Assembly (NCBI RefSeq): GCF_030684315.1
Contig: NC_081399.1
Coordinates: 9,162,113 to 9,226,112 of the forward strand
Source: Stegostoma tigrinum
Lineage: Eukaryota
Length of the DNA: 64,000 nucleotides
Direction: 5' to 3'
Shown one piece after another: positions 58,480-64,000 of this stretch (position 1 is the stretch's first letter; the number at the start of each line of letters is the position of its first letter). The notes under the pieces were generated by a model, which saw only the letters and a program-made list of their open reading frames with translations, made no database searches and was not told where the DNA came from. The translations under genes and the position numbers were made by a program.

Positions 58480-61427
58480 GGGACAGTGTAAGAGAGCTAG
58501 AGTAACATCAGGAGGGATACAGTCACTAACACAGGGCGCTGGGGGGGAGAGGGGTTACTGAGTGACAGTGTGAGGGAGAGGGATTAACATCAGGAGGGAT
58601 ACAGTCAGTAACACAGCGCGCTGGGGGGGAGAGAGGTTACTGAGTGACAGTGTGAGGGAGAGGGATTAACATCAGTAGGGATACAGTCAGTAACACAGGG
58701 CGCTGGGGGGGAGAGGGGTTACTGAGTGACAGTGTGAGGGAGAGGGATTAACATCAGTAGGGATACAGTCAGTAACACAGGGCGCTGGGGGGGAGAGGGG
58801 TTACTGAGTGACAGTGTGAGGGAGAGGGATTAACATCAGTACAGATACAGTCAGTAACACAGGGCGCTGGGGGGAGAGGGGTTACTGAGTGACAGTGTGA
58901 GGGAGAGGGATTAACATCAGGAGGGATACAGTCAGTAACACAGGGCCCTGGGGGGGGAAGGGTTACTGAGTGACAGTGTGAGGGAGAGGGATTAACATCA
59001 GTAGGGACACAGTCAGTAACACAGAGCGCTGGGGGGGAGAGGGGTTACTGAGTGACAGTGTGAGGGAGAGGGATTAACATCAGTAGGGATACAGTCAGTA
59101 ACACAGGGCGCTGGGGGGGAGAGGGGTTACTGAGTGACAGTGTGAGGGAGAGGGATTAACATCAGTACAGATACAGTCAGTAACACAGGGCGCTGGGGGG
59201 GAGAGGGGTTACTGAGTGACAGTGTGAGGGAGAGGTATTAACATCAGTAGGGATACAGTCAGTAACACAGGGCGCTGGGGGGGAGGGGGGTTACTGAGTG
59301 ACAGTGTGAGGGACAGGGATTAACATCAGGAGGGATACAGTCAGTAACACAGGGCGCTGGGGGGGAGAGGGGTTACTGAGTGACAGTGTGAGGGAGAGGG
59401 ATTAACATCAGCACAGATACAGTCAGTAACACAGGGCCTTGGCGGGGAGAGGGGTTACTGAGTGACAGTGTGAGGGAGAGGGATTAACATCAGGAGGGAT
59501 ACAGTCAGTAACACAGGGCGCTGGGGGGGAGAGGGGTTACTGAGTGACAGTGTGAGGGAGAGGGATTAACATCAGTAGGGATACAGTCAGTAACACAGGG
59601 CCCTGGGGGGGAGAGGGGTTACTGAGTGACAGTGTGAGGGAGAGGGATTAACATCAGTAGGGATACAGTCAGTAACACGGGGTGCTGGGGGGGAGAGGGG
59701 TTACTGAGTGACAGTGTGAGGGAGAGGGATTAACATCAGTATGGATACAGTCAGTAACACGGGGTGCTGGGGGGGGGAGAGGGGTTACTGAGTGACAGTG
59801 TGAGGGAGAGGGATTAACATCAGGAGGCATACAGTCAGTAACACAGGGCGCTAGGGGGCGAGAGGGGTTACTGAGTGACAGTGTGAGGGAGAGGGATTAA
59901 CATCAGTAGGGATACAGTCAGTAACACAGGGCGCTGGGGGGGGAGAGGGGTTACTGAGTGACAGTGTGAGGGAGAGGGATTAACATCAGTAGGGATACAG
60001 TCAGTAACACAGGGCGCTGGCGGGGAGAGGGGTTACTGAGTGACAGTGTGAGGGAGAGGGATTAACATCAGGAGGGATACAGTCAGCAACACGGGGCGCT
60101 GGGCGGGGGAGAGGGGTTACTGAGTGACAGTGTGAGGGAGAGGGATTAACATCAGTAGGGATACAGTCAGTAACACAGGGCACTGGGGGGGAGAGGGGTT
60201 ACTGAGTGACAGTGTGAGGGAGAGGGATTAACATCAATAGGGATACAGTCAGTAACACAGGGCCCTGGCGGGGAGAGGGGTTACTGAGTGACAGTGTGAG
60301 GGAGAGGGATTAACATCAGTCGGGATACAGTCAGTAACACAGGGCGCTGAGGGGGAGAGGGGTTACTGAGTGACAGTGTGAGGGAGAGCGATTAACATCA
60401 GTAGGGATACAGTCAGTAACACAGGGCGCTGGGGGGGGAGAGGGGTTACTGAGTGACAGTGTGAGGGAGAGGGATTAACATCAGTAGGGATACAGTCAGT
60501 AACACAGGGCCTTGGCGGGGAGAGGGGTTACTGAGTGACAGTGTGAGGGAGAGGGATTAACATCAGTAGGGATACAGTCAGTAACACAGGGCGCTGGGGG
60601 GGAGAGGGGTTACTGAGTGACCGTGTGAGGGAGAGGGATTAACATCAGTAGGGATACAGTCAGTAGCACAGGGCGCTGGGGGGGAGAGGGGTTACTGAGT
60701 GACAGTGTGAGGGAGAGGGATTAACAGCAGTCGGGATACAGTCAGTAACACAGGGCGCTGGGGGGGGAGAGGGGTTACTGAGTGACAGTGTGAGGGAGAT
60801 GGATTAACATCAGTAGGGATACAGTCAGTAAAACAGGGCATGGGCGGGAGAGGGGTTACTGAGTGACAGTGTGAGGGAGAGGGATTAACATCAGTAGGGA
60901 TACAGTCAGTAACACAGGGCGCTGGGGGGGAGAGGGGTTACTGAGTGACAGTGTGAGGGAGAGGGATTAACATCAGGAGGGATACAGTCAGTAACACAGG
61001 GCGCTGGTGGGGGAGAGGGGTTACTGAGTGACAGTGTGAGGGAGAGGGATTAACATCAGTAGGGATACAGTCAGTAAAACAGGGCATGGGCGGGAGAGGG
61101 GTTACTGAGTGACAGTGTGAGGGAGAGGGATTAACATCAATAGGGATACAGTCAGTAACACAGGGTGCTGTCGGGGGAGAGGGGTTACTGAGTGACCGTG
61201 TGAGGGAGAGGGATTAACATCAGTACAGATACAGTCAGTAACACGGCGCTGGGATGAGAGGGGTTACTGAGTGACAGTGTGAGGGAGAGGGATTAACATC
61301 AGGAGGGATACAGTCAGTAGCACAGGGCGCTGGGGGGGAGAGGGGTTACTGAGTGACAGTGTGAGGGAGAGGGATTAACATCAGTAGGGATACAGTCAGT
61401 AACACAGGGGGCTGGGGGTAGTGGGGT
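58480..61427. repeat. ~82-bp tandem satellite (~36 copies)
   Basis: Unit GGGGTTACTGAGTGACAGTGTGAGGGAGAGGGATTAACATCAGTAGGGATACAGTCAGTAACACAGGGCGCTG(n)AGA. Confidence 0.96.
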
Positions 61428-64000
61428 TAGAACATAGAACAGTACAGCACAGAACAGGCCCTTCAGCCCACAATGTTGTGCCGACCATTGATCCTCATGT
61501 ATGCACCCTCAAATTTCTGTGACCATATGCATGTCCAGCAGTCTCTTAAATGTCCCCAATGACCTTGCTTCCACAACTGCTGCTGGCAACGCATTCCATG
61601 CTCTCACAACTCTCTGTGTATAGAAACCGCTTCTGACATCCCCTCGATACTTTACTCCAACCAGCTTAAAACTATGACCCCTCGTGTTAGCCATTTCTGC
61701 CCTGGGAAATAGTCTCTGGCTATCAACTCTATCTATGCCTCTCATTATCTTGTATACCTCAATTAGGTCCCCTCTCCTCATCCTTTTCTCCAGTGAAAAA
61801 AATCCGAGCTCAGTCAACCTCTCTTCATAAGATAAGCCCTCCAGTCCAGGCAGCATCCTGGTAAACCTCCTCTGAACCCTCTTCAAAGCATCCACATCTT
61901 TCCTATAATAGGGCGACGAGAACTGGACGCAGTATTCCAAGTGCGGTCTCACCAAAGTTTTATAGAGCTGCAACAAGATCTCACGACTCTTAAACTCAAT
62001 CCCCCTGTTAATGAAAGCCAAAACACCATATGCTTTCTTAACAACCCCGTCCACTTGGGTGGCCATTTTAAGGGATCTATGTATCTGCACACCAAGATCG
62101 CTCTGTTCCTCCACACTGCCAAGAATCCTATCCTTAATCCTGTACTCAGCTTTCAAATTCGACCTTCCAAAATGCATCACCTCGCATTTATCCAGGTTGA
62201 ACTCCATCTGCCACCTCTCAGCCCATCTCTGCATCCTGTCAATGTCCCGCTGCAGCCTACAACAGCCCTCTACACTGTCAACGACACCTCCAACCTTTGT
62301 GTCGTCTGCAAACTTGCTGACCCATCCTTCAATCCCCTCATCCAAGTCATTAATAAAAATTACATACAGTCGAGGCCCAAGGACAGAGCCCTGTGGAACC
62401 CCACTCACCACTGACTTCCAGGCAGAATATTTTCCTTCTACTACCACTCGCTGTCTTCTGTTGGCCAGCCAATTCTGTATCCAAGCAGCTAAGTTCCCCT
62501 GTATCCCATTCCTCCTGACCTTCTGAATGAGCCTACCATGGGGAACCTTATCAAATGCCTTACTGAAGTCCATGTACACCACATCCACAGCTCAACCCTC
62601 ATCAACTTTTCTAGTCACATCCTCAAAGAACTCGATAAGGTTTGTAAGGCATGACCTACCTCTCACAAAGCCGTGTTGACTGCATTTGATCAAGCCATGC
62701 TCTTCCAGATGGTCATAAATCCTATCCCTCACAATCCTTTCTAACACCTTGCAGACGACAGACGTGAGACTTACTGGTCTGTAATTGCCGGGGATTTCCC
62801 TATTTCCTTTCTTGAAGAGAGGAGTTACATTTGCCTCTCTCCAGTCCTCAGGTACGAGTCCAGTAGAGAGCCAGGATGCAAAGATCTTCGCGAGTGGTGA
62901 AGCAATTGCAATTCTCGCTTCCCAAAGCAACCGAGGACAAATCTGGTCCGGGCCTGGCGACTTGTCAATCTTAATGTTTGACAAAATTTTCAGCACATCA
63001 GCTTCCTCTATCTCTATCCATTCCAGCATGCACACCTGCTCTTCAAAGGTTTCATTCACTACAAAGTTCGTTTCTTTCGTAAAGACAGAAGCAAAAAACT
63101 CATTTAGGGCTTCCACTACCTCCTCAGACTCCACACACAAGTTCCCTATGCTATCCCTGATCGGCCCTACTCTTTCCTTGACCATTCTCTTATTCCTCAC
63201 ATAAGTGTAAAATACCTTTGTGTTTTCCCGGATTCCTTCTGCCGAGCCTTTCTCGTGCCCCCTCCTGGCTCTCCTCAGACCATTTTTGAGCTTCTCCCTC
63301 GCCTGCGTGTAATCCTCTAGAGCTGAACTTGACCCTAGCTTCCTCCACCTTATGTAAGCTACCTTCTTCCTTTTCACTAGAAGCTCCACCGCTCTCATCA
63401 TCCAAGGTTCCTTTATCTTACCCGATCTTGCCTGTCTCAGAGGGACATATTTACTCATCACTCGCAACAACTGTTCCTTAAACAGTCTCCACATGTCTAT
63501 AGTGCCTTTACCATGGAACAATTGCTCCCAGTCCATGCTTCCTAACTCATGTCTAATCGCATCATAGTTTCCTCTTCCCCAATTAAATATCCTCCCATTC
63601 TGCCTAATCCTCTCCTTCTCCATAGCTATGTAGAATGTGAGGCAGTTAAGGTCACTATCACCAAAATGCTCTCCCACCACAAGATCGGATACCTGCCCCG
63701 GCTCGTTTCCGAGCACCAAGTCTAGAATGGCCTCTCCCCTCGTCGGCCTGTCAACGTACTGCGTTAGGAAACCCTCCTGAACACACCTTACAAAAACAGC
63801 TCCATTCAAATCTTCTGCTCGAAGGAGGTTCCAATCAATATTAGGAAAGTTAAAGTCACCCATTACAACAACCCTACTGCGTGCACACTTTTCCAAAATC
63901 TGTCGACCTATGCTTTCTTCAATCTCCCTGCTGCTATTGGGGGGCCTGTAGTAAACCCCTAACGAGGTGACTACTCCCTTGCTGTTCCTAATTTCCACCC
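61428..64000 (-). mobile_element. Young CR1 LINE ORF2 (APE + RT), one in-frame stop at ~62592, runs off the window
   Basis: YYRPPNS, MGDFN, LDLVL, KSPGPD, DFSKAFDKV, GVPQGSVLGP, KFADD. Confidence 0.95.

Noticed and set aside
55107-64000. TM/cytoplasmic exon of gene B
   Set aside because: No hydrophobic phase-1 exon with credible splice sites was found; it probably lies beyond the window.

Overview
Repeat-rich vertebrate genomic DNA, most likely a shark. This is inferred from the HE1-type tRNA-SINEs, CR1 LINEs, Penelope elements and satellites. The window contains a CD2/SLAM-family immune receptor cluster that the ORF track shows only as fragments. Gene A (- strand) has a leader exon at 12815-12881, an IgV exon at 2405-2740 and an IgC2 exon at 1090-1380. 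Gene B (+ strand) has a leader at 45930-45996, IgV at 48639-48959 and IgC2 at 54822-55106. The two genes lie head-to-head about 33 kb apart, with two B-like IgV pseudo-exons between them (19627+, 41727-). I found no TM or cytoplasmic exons in the window. The rest is satellites, a degenerate interstitial telomeric array, an ERV remnant, Gypsy remnants, nested CR1/Rex LINEs and Penelope-like elements. Most notable: (i) minimal hammerhead-ribozyme motifs spread by Penelope tails, one inserted sense about 140 nt upstream of the gene B ATG; (ii) near-identical leader/promoter modules on very divergent Ig exons; (iii) a 32-bp minisatellite whose unit looks like a complete mini-intron (GTCAGT...CTAAAC...CAG) and starts at the gene A splice donor.
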